Positions 20,238 to 29,345 of a stretch of DNA of 64,000 nt are shown here, piece by piece (the first letter of the stretch is position 1; every line of letters starts with the position of its first letter). The position numbers and the translations under genes were made by a program. Under the pieces are notes generated by a model. That model was not told where the DNA came from. It worked only from the letters and a program-made list of their open reading frames with translations, and searched no databases. The DNA comes from an uncultured Candidatus Saccharibacteria bacterium (GTDB taxonomy: Bacteria; Patescibacteriota; Minisyncoccia; SW-4-49-11): positions 40,656 to 104,655 of the forward strand of contig CAZWIJ010000003.1 in NCBI GenBank assembly GCA_964633865.1. The letters run 5' to 3'.

Positions 20238-20804
20238 ATGTATCAAGAAAAAAATTTCAATTTAGAATCAGTAGAAGAATTATCCAAAGAACAAATTCAA
20301 GTTCATTTAGGATTATACTCAGGTTATGTCAAAAACACAAATCTTTTATTAGAGCAAATTAAATCTCTAAAATCTAATGACTCAAATCAAGTAATAGTAT
20401 CAGAATTACAAAGAAGATTAGGCTTTGAATTCAATGGAATGAGATTACATGAACTATATTTTGAACAAATCTCAGATGGAGCACAAGATTTAGACTCAAA
20501 CTCAAACCTATATCAGTTAATTAATACTCAATTTGGATCATTAGAAGAATATTTAAAAGATATTAAAAGAATTTCTTCAATGAGAGGAATTGGTTGGGTT
20601 GTTAGTTATTTGTATCAAAATGAAATAATTAATGCTTGGGTATCAGATCACGAGTTAGGACAATTAGCTACACAACCTATATTTGTTTTAGATATGTGGG
20701 AGCATGCATTTATGGTAGATTTCAGACCATCAACTAAAGTGGATTATGTAACAACTTATATTAACAATGTTAATTGGGAAAAAATAGAGAGAAGATTAGT
20801 TTAA
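20238..20804 (+). CDS. Fe/Mn-family superoxide dismutase (divergent, 188 aa)
   Basis: DMWEHAF matches the SOD D-x-W-E-H motif (Asp and His ligands). GIGWVVSY matches FGSGWAWL. His equivalents at QVHL and RLHE and a C-terminal VNW are present. The usual HHxKHH N-terminal motif is reduced to a single His. Confidence 0.6.
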   Translation: MYQEKNFNLESVEELSKEQIQVHLGLYSGYVKNTNLLLEQIKSLKSNDSNQVIVSELQRRLGFEFNGMRLHELYFEQISDGAQDLDSNSNLYQLINTQFGSLEEYLKDIKRISSMRGIGWVVSYLYQNEIINAWVSDHELGQLATQPIFVLDMWEHAFMVDFRPSTKVDYVTTYINNVNWEKIERRLV

Positions 20805-20831
20805 ATTAATCTTTCCTAGAAAATTATTTTT

Positions 20832-21836
20832 ATGGCAAGAAAGATAGGAATCGATTTAGGGACAGCAAATGTATTAGTTTTTATACCTAAAAAAGGTATC
20901 GTCGTAAATGAACCTTCTGTTGTAGCAGTTGATATTTATGATAACAGAATTTTAGCCATAGGAAATGATGCAAAAGAGATGATAGGAAAAACTCCTGATG
21001 GAATAAAAGCAGTAAGACCAATTAGAGATGGTGTGATAGCAGATTATAGAATAACTGAGGCTTTGATTGGGTATTTGATAAAAAAAGTCTCACCAAGAAT
21101 TCAGTTTTTCAAACCTGATTGTATAATATCTGTTCCTGCTTCCATCACATCTACTGAGAAAAGAGCTGTAATAGAAGTAACCTTGAATGTTGGTGCTAGA
21201 AATGCTTTTGTTGTTAAAGAACCAATATTAGCAGCATTAGGAGCTGGAATAGCGATCAATGTACCTTCAGGTTCAATGGTAGTAGATATAGGCGGTGGAA
21301 CAACAGAAGTTGGAGTTATATCACTTGGTGGAATCGTAGCTTTTGCTTCTGCTAGAGTCGCTGGAGATAAATTAACTGAAGCAATTGTTAGTCACATAAA
21401 AAAAAGGTATAACTTAGCAATTGGAGATCAAATGGCTGAAGATATTAAAATTCAGATAGGTAGTGCACTTCCGATAGAAACAGATATTATGGAAATCAAA
21501 GGAAGAGATATCCTAACAGGACTTCCAAAAACTATTCAGATCTCTTCAGAAGAAGCAACCATAGCCATGCAAAATGAATTAAGAGAAATAATTCAGATTA
21601 TAAAAAATGTCCTACAAGAAACTCCACCCGAACTTTCTAGTGATATCATAGAAAAAGGTATTGTAGTAACAGGAGGAGGAGCTCTACTAAAGAACATTGC
21701 TGAATTAATTTCAAGATCAACTGGAGTTCCTTGTATCATAGCTGAAGACCCACTTTACTGTGTAGCAAAAGGAACGGGAATAATGTTAGATAATTTAGAT
21801 AAATATAAAAGAATATTAGGTCAAAGAAAAATGTAA
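20832..21836 (+). CDS. mreB: rod shape-determining protein MreB
   Basis: Starts IGIDLGTANVLVF. Actin-fold phosphate and adenosine motifs present (VVDIGGGTTEV, VTGGGALL). Confidence 0.9.
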   Translation: MARKIGIDLGTANVLVFIPKKGIVVNEPSVVAVDIYDNRILAIGNDAKEMIGKTPDGIKAVRPIRDGVIADYRITEALIGYLIKKVSPRIQFFKPDCIISVPASITSTEKRAVIEVTLNVGARNAFVVKEPILAALGAGIAINVPSGSMVVDIGGGTTEVGVISLGGIVAFASARVAGDKLTEAIVSHIKKRYNLAIGDQMAEDIKIQIGSALPIETDIMEIKGRDILTGLPKTIQISSEEATIAMQNELREIIQIIKNVLQETPPELSSDIIEKGIVVTGGGALLKNIAELISRSTGVPCIIAEDPLYCVAKGTGIMLDNLDKYKRILGQRKM

Positions 21837-21840
21837 ATTT

Positions 21841-22926
21841 ATGAAAATAGCAATAGATGCTTCCAAACTAAATATTAAAAACAAAACTGGAACAGAAATT
21901 TACTCAGAAGAAATTATCACTAGATTACTCACAAAATTTAGTAATTCAAATGAAATTATCTTGTACTCTAAAGAACCATTGAGTAAAGATATTTTAAATT
22001 TACATCCAAGAATTACAAACAAAATTATTAAAACAAAAATCTTATGGACTATCTGGGGATTATCTATAGCTTTAATGAGAGATAAGCCTAATATTTTTTA
22101 TACACCATCAAGTATAATTCCTATTATTCATCCTAAGAAAAGCTTTATTGTTATTCATGGATTAGAGTATGAATATTTCCCTGAATCTTATTCTCTATTT
22201 CGTTTTTGGCATCTTGCTATATTCACAAAGTTATCTGCTATATGGGCACATAAAGTAATTACACCCTCATTATCAACAAAAAATGATCTTGTAGATGAAT
22301 ATTTTATCGCAAAAGAAAAAATTAAGGTGATAAAATCTGGCTTACCTAATTTGAAACAAAACAATGCAATAGAAATAAATAAGAATATTACCAATATAAT
22401 TAAATCAAATTATATATTTTGGATAGGAAGAAAAGAACAGAGAAAAAACTTAGAACTTTTAATCAATATTTTTAATATTATAAAAATAGACTTTCCTGAT
22501 CTAAAATTAATATTAGCTGGAAATAAAGGTTATGGATATAGTGAAATAAAAAAAACAATTAATTCTTCTTCTTTTAAAGTAGATATTATCGAATTAGAAT
22601 TTATAAAAGAGGAAGAAAAACATTTATTATATAAAAATTCTAAAATATTTGTATTTCCTTCTTGGTATGAAGGATTTGGATTTCCTGTATTAGAAGCTAT
22701 TAAATATGGCATTCCTACAATTTGCTCAAATACAAGTTCTCTCAAAGAATTCAAAAAAGATGGTGTTATCTTAGCAGATCCAGAAGATATCAATAAATGG
22801 ATCCCTAAAATAATAAATCTACTATCTGATGATAATACTGATATTTCAAATCAACTTAGAATATCCTCTGAAAAATATACCTTTGAAAAAACAGCTGAAG
22901 AAACCTACAAAATTTTAATTACATAA
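21841..22926 (+). CDS. glycosyltransferase family 1 (GT4-like, GT-B fold)
   Basis: The C-terminal EX7E-type region FPSWYEGFGFPVLEAIKYGIPTICSNTSSLKE is typical of GT1/GT4 enzymes. Confidence 0.75.
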   Translation: MKIAIDASKLNIKNKTGTEIYSEEIITRLLTKFSNSNEIILYSKEPLSKDILNLHPRITNKIIKTKILWTIWGLSIALMRDKPNIFYTPSSIIPIIHPKKSFIVIHGLEYEYFPESYSLFRFWHLAIFTKLSAIWAHKVITPSLSTKNDLVDEYFIAKEKIKVIKSGLPNLKQNNAIEINKNITNIIKSNYIFWIGRKEQRKNLELLINIFNIIKIDFPDLKLILAGNKGYGYSEIKKTINSSSFKVDIIELEFIKEEEKHLLYKNSKIFVFPSWYEGFGFPVLEAIKYGIPTICSNTSSLKEFKKDGVILADPEDINKWIPKIINLLSDDNTDISNQLRISSEKYTFEKTAEETYKILIT

Positions 22927-23051
22927 AAATAATATTCATCAATTTTTATGAATATTTATTGACAACATTTTTTTTTAATGGTATTATTACAATACAAGGT
23001 ATTAATTCTCTTAAAAGGAGGTGTATTTATATGGGTACTGTAAGTTAACAT

Positions 23052-23081
23052 TAAAAAAACCTCATACAATTATGTATGAGG
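23052..23081 (-). terminator. Rho-independent terminator for the minus-strand regulator gene (perfect 9-bp stem CCTCATACA/TGTATGAGG, 4-nt loop, U-run on the minus strand)
   Basis: Read on the minus strand, the hairpin is followed by TTTTTTT (plus-strand aaaaaaa at 23053-23059). It lies in the convergent intergenic region between the GT1 and TrmB-like genes. Confidence 0.6.
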
Positions 23082-23113
23082 TTCTCAATTTAAAATAAAT
23101 ATAACAAAATAAA

Positions 23114-23150
23114 AACATGGTAATTTATAAATAGTTACCATGTTTTAAAA
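23114..23150 (+). terminator. second intergenic hairpin (10-bp perfect stem AACATGGTAA/TTACCATGTT, 11-nt loop) followed by TT; candidate terminator for the plus-strand GT1 gene
   Basis: Perfect inverted repeat seen directly in the convergent intergenic region. Confidence 0.4.
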
Positions 23151-23173
23151 ATATCTAAATATTAGAATTAATT

Positions 23174-24007
23174 CTATTTAATATTGTTTTCTACAAATTT
23201 AAACATAGATTTAAATGAATGAGCTATGTTATTATCTTGAACAACAACAGTTAATAAATTCTCTTCCAAAGAAGTAATAAACAACTTGTTATCAAATGAA
23301 GAAATATCAACTGCTTCTCCATATTTAAACTTAGATATATCTATTATATTTAAATTAGGGTCAGAAGATAATTTTAACTTTTTAAATTCTTCTATATTTT
23401 CTGTAGAAACAAGTAAATTTGTTTCAATTTTTTTACTAACTTTCCTTTTAATAAAATCTGATGTGATTTTTGGATTAATATATTTACTATGAATATATTT
23501 ATTAATTTGTTCATAGTTGTACATTAAATAAACTTTTTTATCTTTCGATTTAATCAATTCTTCTCTATATGCTTTTAGACCTTGTTCTCCATTATAAAAT
23601 TTAACCTTAGAATTCAAACCTCCCCTAGTATTTTCAAAGATTTCTGTCAATTGAGGAACTAAATATCTTAAAGCTATTTCTTTTCTACTTAAATCATTTC
23701 TTTCCTTTTGATATAAAAGAGATAATTTTGCAGGACTCTCAACAGAGAAATATCTTTTTTTACCTTCTGTTACAGTAGTCATAAGACCTCTATCTATCAA
23801 AATGTCTATCAAAACATATGTAGTTGCTCTGTTAACTTTAGATAATTTCGCTATTTTCTGAATACTTGATTTACCTAGTTTGATACTTGCTATATAAACT
23901 CTAGCTTCTTTCTCTGATAATCCAGCTGTCATTAAATCTTTGTATACTTGATTTTCCATAATAATATATATAAATTGATTGTAATTATTATTATTATATA
24001 ACAACAT
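23174..24007 (-). CDS. TrmB-family transcriptional regulator (N-terminal wHTH)
   Basis: The N-terminal VYKDLMTAGLSEKEARVYIASIKLGKSSIQKIAKLSKVNRATTYVLIDILIDRGLM resembles the TrmB HTH; 277 aa with a C-terminal effector-type domain. Confidence 0.55.
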   Translation of the reverse strand: MLLYNNNNYNQFIYIIMENQVYKDLMTAGLSEKEARVYIASIKLGKSSIQKIAKLSKVNRATTYVLIDILIDRGLMTTVTEGKKRYFSVESPAKLSLLYQKERNDLSRKEIALRYLVPQLTEIFENTRGGLNSKVKFYNGEQGLKAYREELIKSKDKKVYLMYNYEQINKYIHSKYINPKITSDFIKRKVSKKIETNLLVSTENIEEFKKLKLSSDPNLNIIDISKFKYGEAVDISSFDNKLFITSLEENLLTVVVQDNNIAHSFKSMFKFVENNIK

Positions 24008-24046
24008 TTCTTTTATGTCAAGGCCTGTTGTAAATAAATTTATAAT

Positions 24047-25105
24047 TTATTTTTTAAAAAATCTAAAAGAATATAAAAATAAAAAAATTATTCCTATAGA
24101 AAATATCCCAATTTTACCATTTGTTTTAAAAAATAGTGCACTGAGTCCAAAAATTAGTGATATACCATACATTATGATAACAGATTTTTTTTGAGATATA
24201 CCTATTTGTAAAAGTTTATAGTGAAAATGTCTATTATCAGCCTTAAATATTGATTGATTTGCTAATATTCTTTGTATAATAACAATACAAGCATCTATTA
24301 TAGGGAATGCCAAGACAAGAGATATAGTTGCTATTTTACCTCCACTTATAATTGATAGAGATCCTAAAATATAACCAAGAAACATACTACCTAAAGTACC
24401 TAAAAAAATTTTAGATGGATAAAAATTAAAAAATAAAAAACCTAAATATAGTCCAGCTAAAACTATGCTTAAATAAGCTATATTTATTTGATTAACAAAA
24501 GTTGTTATTGACAATACAAATAGAATTATAAAACCTATTACTCCGACTCCTCCAGCTAATCCATCTAATCCATCTAGCCAATTTAAAACATTCATTAATC
24601 CAACGATCCAAAACACTGTTAAAATAACTTGTAAAAAATATATATCTGTAGAAAATAAACTTAACTTCATTTGATCAAAAAACAAAATCTCTCCATAAGG
24701 TAACATAACAGATTTTATCGTTATACCAAAAAAAACTAACGTCAATGCTATTATTATTTGTATAATTAATTGATATTTCCAAGAAAGATCATATTTTTCA
24801 TCTAAAAATCCATACACAAAAACAAAAAAAGAACCTATCATGACTCCCACTAATGAACTGTTAAGATACATCAAACCAAAAATATGTAATAATATTAATG
24901 ATAAATTAAATAGTGGAATAATAACTAATCCTCCTACTTTGGGTTTAAATGTACTATGAATATCTCTTTCTCTTATTCTGGGTTTAAAAACTTTATATAT
25001 AAATTTCTGTTTTAATATAAAACTAAAGGTAATTATAGTTACTAAAGTAGTAATAAGAAATATTAAATTAAAATTAAATAGTGGAAGAGATTCCCATGTT
25101 ATCAT
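24047..25105 (-). CDS. mraY: MraY/WecA-family polyprenyl-phosphate sugar-1-phosphate transferase, most similar to MraY
   Basis: GFLDEKYDLSWKY matches MraY GFVDDYRKV...WKYF. MNVLNWLDGLDGLA matches NAVNLTDGLDGLA. FLGTLGSMFLGYILG matches FMGDVGSLALGGALG. DNRHFHYKL matches PIHHHYELK. 352 aa. Not in a dcw cluster context. Confidence 0.55.
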   Translation of the reverse strand: MITWESLPLFNFNLIFLITTLVTIITFSFILKQKFIYKVFKPRIRERDIHSTFKPKVGGLVIIPLFNLSLILLHIFGLMYLNSSLVGVMIGSFFVFVYGFLDEKYDLSWKYQLIIQIIIALTLVFFGITIKSVMLPYGEILFFDQMKLSLFSTDIYFLQVILTVFWIVGLMNVLNWLDGLDGLAGGVGVIGFIILFVLSITTFVNQINIAYLSIVLAGLYLGFLFFNFYPSKIFLGTLGSMFLGYILGSLSIISGGKIATISLVLAFPIIDACIVIIQRILANQSIFKADNRHFHYKLLQIGISQKKSVIIMYGISLIFGLSALFFKTNGKIGIFSIGIIFLFLYSFRFFKK

Positions 25106-25698
25106 GAAGAAACTTTTACCCTAGCAGATCTGATTAATTTATCCTCTAATTTATACCCAACTTGCATTACCTCAATAACCTTATTTTTGTTTGATTCATC
25201 TTCAGACTCTATTGTTTCAACAGCTTCGTGTTGATGTGGATCAAAATCTTCTCCCAAAGGATTTATAATCTTAACTCCTTGATCAATCAACATCTCTTGC
25301 ATTTGTTTTAAAATAAATTCTATACCTTTGACCCATTGATTATCTTTCAATTCTTCTGGGGTATATTTTAGAGCTAATTCAAAGTTGTCAAATAATGGGA
25401 TTAACTTTGTGATCATGTCTGAGCTAGCATATTTAATTATATCTAATTTTTCTTTAGATGAAGTTTTTTGTAAATTTTGATAATCAGCTTGGGCTCTTTT
25501 CCACCCAGCTAAATTAATAGAAGATTCTTCTTGTAGTTTAGCAATTTGATCTTCCAAAGAAACTTTAAGTTCTTCTTTTTTTAAAACATCTTTCTCAACT
25601 TCATCTTCTAAGACATTATTGTCAATAATAGATTCTTGTGAAGTATTATCTATATTATCTTCTAATTCTTGTTTATTCTCTAAATTATTTTTACTCAT
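25102..25698 (-). CDS. grpE: nucleotide exchange factor GrpE
   Basis: A coiled-coil N-terminus, then KRAQADYQNLQKTSSKEK, LIPLFDNFELAL and a C-terminal VMQVGYKLEDKLIRSARVKVS matching GrpE. 4-nt overlap with the downstream gene and 8-nt overlap with hrcA. Confidence 0.8.
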   Translation of the reverse strand: MSKNNLENKQELEDNIDNTSQESIIDNNVLEDEVEKDVLKKEELKVSLEDQIAKLQEESSINLAGWKRAQADYQNLQKTSSKEKLDIIKYASSDMITKLIPLFDNFELALKYTPEELKDNQWVKGIEFILKQMQEMLIDQGVKIINPLGEDFDPHQHEAVETIESEDESNKNKVIEVMQVGYKLEDKLIRSARVKVSS

Positions 25699-26413
25699 CT
25701 TCGTTATAATTATTTGGATTCAATACATATTCTATTAATGCTATATTTTTGGCATATTCCATACTCTTTGGTCCTATCATTACAATTATACCATCATCTT
25801 GATCAATTGTACATTTACCAACTATGACCGAATATTTTTTCATAGACTGAACTGGATTTTCATCACCTATATAGAGTTGATAATTTCCTTTTGGTAAATC
25901 TTTTCCTATCTCATCCATATTTTGCTTTATAGAATCAAGATCATCTAATGCTTCTTTTATAAAATCCATAGATGAAAAATAAGGCTGAGATAAGAACTTA
26001 TGAGTTCCCTCTTCAAACACAACATTCGAAGAAAGTTTTCCTATTGTAACATTTCCAGACTCAGAAGATATTTGAGTTAATAAATGTTTTAATTTTATAT
26101 GTATTTCTTGAATTCTACTAAACTCATCTAGAATATTATGTGTTTTTTTTATATATTGCTTCAAAATTTCTTGTCTTCCTAATAATCTATTTACATAATA
26201 TCTATATCCCTTATCACTTGGCACTCTACCAGATGAAGTATGTATTTGAACTAAAAATCCTTCCTCTTCTAATTCTGCCAATTCACTTCTGATTGTTGCA
26301 CTTGAATATGGTAAGTTGTATTCTTTTTGTAACACAAAGGAGGAAACTGGTTGAGCAGTCTTTACATATTCTACAATAAGATACTCTAAAATTAATTCTT
26401 TTCTTTCTGTCAT
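25691..26413 (-). CDS. hrcA: heat-inducible transcription repressor HrcA (short, 240 aa)
   Basis: The N-terminal wHTH ERKELILEYLIVEYVKTAQPVSSFVLQ...SSATIRSELAELEEEGFL...HTSSGRVPSDKGYRYYV is HrcA-typical. hrcA-grpE gene order conserved. Confidence 0.8.
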   Translation of the reverse strand: MTERKELILEYLIVEYVKTAQPVSSFVLQKEYNLPYSSATIRSELAELEEEGFLVQIHTSSGRVPSDKGYRYYVNRLLGRQEILKQYIKKTHNILDEFSRIQEIHIKLKHLLTQISSESGNVTIGKLSSNVVFEEGTHKFLSQPYFSSMDFIKEALDDLDSIKQNMDEIGKDLPKGNYQLYIGDENPVQSMKKYSVIVGKCTIDQDDGIIVMIGPKSMEYAKNIALIEYVLNPNNYNEDE

Positions 26414-26475
26414 ATAAAACTATTATATATCATATTTAATTTTTATTCAAGATAACGGATATCCTCATCTCTATT

Positions 26476-26548
26476 TTTTGAGTAAAAATATCGTAAGTAT
26501 AGGTTTATATTTATTTTTATGTTATAATGTATTATCATTTACTCAAAA
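26476..26548. promoter_or_regulatory. 11-bp perfect inverted repeat TTTTGAGTAAA (26476-26486) / TTTACTCAAAA (26538-26548) with a 51-nt spacer that encloses a TATAAT hexamer (26523-26528); candidate operator in the hrcA / 26559-ORF divergent intergenic region
   Basis: Inverted repeat and -10-like hexamer seen directly. No canonical CIRCE (TTAGCACTC-N9-GAGTGCTAA) found in this region. Confidence 0.3.
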
Positions 26549-26558
26549 GAGGTTTTAA

Positions 26559-27263
26559 ATGAAAATTGATCCTTCATATTCATATTATCATAATCTTCAT
26601 CAAGAATATTTCAATGATTTAATTGATGCTAAAAAATTAATTACTGAACTTCAAAGAATTCTCCCAATACAAATAGAGAAACCTTTTTCCCTACCTGAAG
26701 AGGCCATTATGATAATATCTAACCATCCTATTTTAGAAGAAAATTCTGCATTGAATACAAAAGGAATTGGAAGTTTAAAAGGATTTAATTACTTAGGGAA
26801 TAATGAAGTATGGTTTCCTAGCATTAGAGAATCTCTGATGCAATATGCCCTTAATATTCCACTGGTGACAATTATTAGACCAATTGGTTATGATATTGCA
26901 ACTAATGAGATAGGTTGCTTATCTGTACAGAATGGAAATGGGGTTGTCGAAATAAGTAATTTCTTAAACCGTAATAAAGATTTATCCTGTTTAATTTATC
27001 CTGAAGCAGGATTTAATAAATTAGATCATTGCTTTCGGAAAGGATTCTATTATATAGCAAAGATGAGAAGGTATAAATATCTTTTAAAATTGGTTGTAGA
27101 TCCTATATTAGGAATCAATTCTAGAAACAAAATTGTTTTTCAAGAATTAGAATTAATTCCTGATCTAGATGATAATACTTATATCGAGAAATGGGTAGAT
27201 AATACTAGAGAATGGTATAAAACAATTACCTATAATCTATATAAAGAGTTTAAGTTAATCTAA
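26559..27263 (+). CDS. hypothetical protein (234 aa); weak resemblance to lysophospholipid acyltransferase motifs (SNHPILE, YPEAGFN)
   Basis: ATG ORF transcribed divergently from hrcA. The motif resemblance is weak and unverified. Confidence 0.4.
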   Translation: MKIDPSYSYYHNLHQEYFNDLIDAKKLITELQRILPIQIEKPFSLPEEAIMIISNHPILEENSALNTKGIGSLKGFNYLGNNEVWFPSIRESLMQYALNIPLVTIIRPIGYDIATNEIGCLSVQNGNGVVEISNFLNRNKDLSCLIYPEAGFNKLDHCFRKGFYYIAKMRRYKYLLKLVVDPILGINSRNKIVFQELELIPDLDDNTYIEKWVDNTREWYKTITYNLYKEFKLI

Positions 27264-27352
27264 AAATTTATCGTACATAGCAAATCTATGTACTTTTTTT
27301 ATTTATAAAGAAAAAAGATAACTAGTTAAAGTTACCTTTTTGATGCAATTTA

Positions 27353-27607
27353 TTAGTAATTTTCTCTGATTACTTCAGATCCAATTACCACTTTTGAATC
27401 CAAAATCCCTATCCAATAGGGACGAAGATTATTAGCGTCTTCCACACAATAACATGCGTGGTTTTCGATTTTTTGACCATCCTCAGCAAGTGCTGAGGAT
27501 AATTCTTCCAATATTCTATTGACTTGGGATTTTGGAAAAGAAACGCCCTTAACAACACCCTTTCTGTAAGTTAAAATTTCAATAATTTCCATATTGAGTT
27601 CTCTCAA
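27353..27607 (-). CDS. hypothetical small protein (84 aa), GC-elevated ORF
   Basis: ORF with balanced composition. Locally higher GC than surroundings and contains a perfect hairpin CCTCAGCA-ag-TGCTGAGG; it could alternatively be a structured RNA. Confidence 0.3.
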   Translation of the reverse strand: MRELNMEIIEILTYRKGVVKGVSFPKSQVNRILEELSSALAEDGQKIENHACYCVEDANNLRPYWIGILDSKVVIGSEVIRENY

Positions 27608-27693
27608 TAATTTACTTAAACATTATATCATTTTTATTTAATTATGTCAATATATACAAACATAATTAAATATTAATATCAGTTAATTATTCT

Positions 27694-28545
27694 TTACTTC
27701 CTGACAAAGTCTTTTAAACCAAGTCCTATAAAGCTAATTCCTGATAGGAAGTATAGTAAAAATATTGTTAAAAAATTATGACAATACCATTTTCTAAAAT
27801 ATCGAATCATTCCTTTATGCCAGTATATTTGTTTTTTTAGATTAAATAGTTTTTTTGTACTAGCTCCATGATGGTGATACATAAATATGTTAGCTAAAAA
27901 ATATGTTTTATGATTTCTAACTTGTAACTTCTTGGATAAATCTACATCATTAAAAAAAAGCCAATAATCTTTATGGTCATCGAATCCTCCAATTTCTTTA
28001 AAAACTTTGGTATTTAACATTATTGCTGATGCCATAGGTTGCTCACATTCTTGATTTTTAGTATGATCAAAATTTTTTGAATCATCCCAACTTAATTTTA
28101 AATAATTACCTATCATTGATTTTGGAGTCGGTAATAAACGACAACTCATCTGAATTCTATTATCAGGATATCTAAGTTGAGGAGCAATAGCATTATAATC
28201 TAAATTTTCTTCTAAAAAGCTAACCATTTTATCTATACTTTGCTCTGTAATAACAATATCTTGATTTAAGAACAAAACATATTTCCCTTCTATATAAGGA
28301 ATTGCTAGATTATTTCCTCTAGCATAACCTGAATTTTCTTTATTATAAATAACTTTAATTATATTTTTATTATTCCAATTTTTTTCCAAATCGAAAAGAT
28401 ATTCTATTGTGGAGTCTTGTGAATTATTATCTATAATTATTAACTGGTATTTTATTTTTGTTTTTTCTATGACTGAGTTCACACAGTTCTCGAGATCTTC
28501 TCTATTATTCCAAGCTAAAATAACAATTGATACTATCTTTTCCAC
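27694..28545 (-). CDS. glycosyltransferase family 2 (GT-A fold)
   Basis: Starts SIVILAWNNREDLENCVNSV, with a ...IIIDNNSQDST DxD-type N-terminal region; 283 aa. Confidence 0.8.
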   Translation of the reverse strand: MEKIVSIVILAWNNREDLENCVNSVIEKTKIKYQLIIIDNNSQDSTIEYLFDLEKNWNNKNIIKVIYNKENSGYARGNNLAIPYIEGKYVLFLNQDIVITEQSIDKMVSFLEENLDYNAIAPQLRYPDNRIQMSCRLLPTPKSMIGNYLKLSWDDSKNFDHTKNQECEQPMASAIMLNTKVFKEIGGFDDHKDYWLFFNDVDLSKKLQVRNHKTYFLANIFMYHHHGASTKKLFNLKKQIYWHKGMIRYFRKWYCHNFLTIFLLYFLSGISFIGLGLKDFVRK

Positions 28546-28546
28546 A

Positions 28547-29221
28547 TTACATTATCTTTAGATATTCAAACCATATTTTGAATAATTCTCCAGTTGCAAC
28601 TACATCTCTCATACAATACTTGGCTATCTCTTCATATCTCTTTTCTCTAAACATATCTGGAACATCCAAACCTGTTATTCCCTCTGCTTTTGGACTGGTT
28701 ATACCAAATCTCTTACAATAATAGTCGAGATTAAATTTTCTTGTAGCTCTATAAAAAGTTAATTGTTCTAAAAGATCAATATGCTCTTTATCTGAATATC
28801 TGTATGGCATTAAGTTTCTAGTTGCTTTTACTTTATTTATAGCTGACCTCATCATTATATAAGGACAATCAAATTCTCTACCATTGAAAGTAACTAATGT
28901 ATCATATTTCTTGACAGTAGACCAGAATTTATCTAAAATTTCTTCTTCTGATCCTGTCAAAAAGTATACTCCATCTTTTTCATAATAACTTTCCAAGTTA
29001 GAAGCTGGGGCTTGAAAGTAGACACTTTTTATATTTTTATATGGATCATAAAGTCCAATAGCTACTATACTACCAGTTAAAGGATATAATCCCAATGTCT
29101 GTTTAATTTCTTCTCGCTTAACATCATCTTCAGCATATTTCAAAAGATAATCTTGGGTATTGGAATCTATATCTTCCCAATTATCTCCTATTGTTTCGAT
29201 ATCAAAGATTAAATAAGACAT
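28547..29221 (-). CDS. predicted 3'-5' exonuclease, RNase H-like fold (PolB-exonuclease-like / YprB-type)
   Basis: N-terminal LIFDIETIGD (DEDD-type Exo I motif), FNGREFDCPY (Exo II-like) and YCMRDVVAT (Exo III-like YxxxD). Confidence 0.55.
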   Translation of the reverse strand: MSYLIFDIETIGDNWEDIDSNTQDYLLKYAEDDVKREEIKQTLGLYPLTGSIVAIGLYDPYKNIKSVYFQAPASNLESYYEKDGVYFLTGSEEEILDKFWSTVKKYDTLVTFNGREFDCPYIMMRSAINKVKATRNLMPYRYSDKEHIDLLEQLTFYRATRKFNLDYYCKRFGITSPKAEGITGLDVPDMFREKRYEEIAKYCMRDVVATGELFKIWFEYLKIM

Positions 29222-29243
29222 ATTTTTATTTTTAACAACTATG

Positions 29244-29316
29244 AGCGGGTAGAGGGATTCGAACCCTCATCATCTGCTTGGAAGGCAGAGATAATTAGCC
29301 CTTATACGATACCCGC
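29244..29316 (-). tRNA. tRNA-Gly (anticodon UCC)
   Basis: The reverse complement has a perfect acceptor stem GCGGGTA/TACCCGC, anticodon stem TCTGC/GCAGA with loop CTTCCAA (TCC), T-arm GAGGG-TTCGAAT-CCCTC and discriminator U. The D-arm is atypical, with 2 extra nt between the acceptor and a 4-bp ATAA/TTAT D-stem. No encoded CCA. Confidence 0.7.
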
Positions 29317-29345
29317 TTTATAAATTACATATTTATTCTAACAAA

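Noticed and set aside
26414-26558. Canonical CIRCE operator upstream of hrcA
   Set aside because: No TTAGCACTC-N9-GAGTGCTAA or close variant is present. Only the unrelated 11-bp inverted repeat (reported as a feature) was found.
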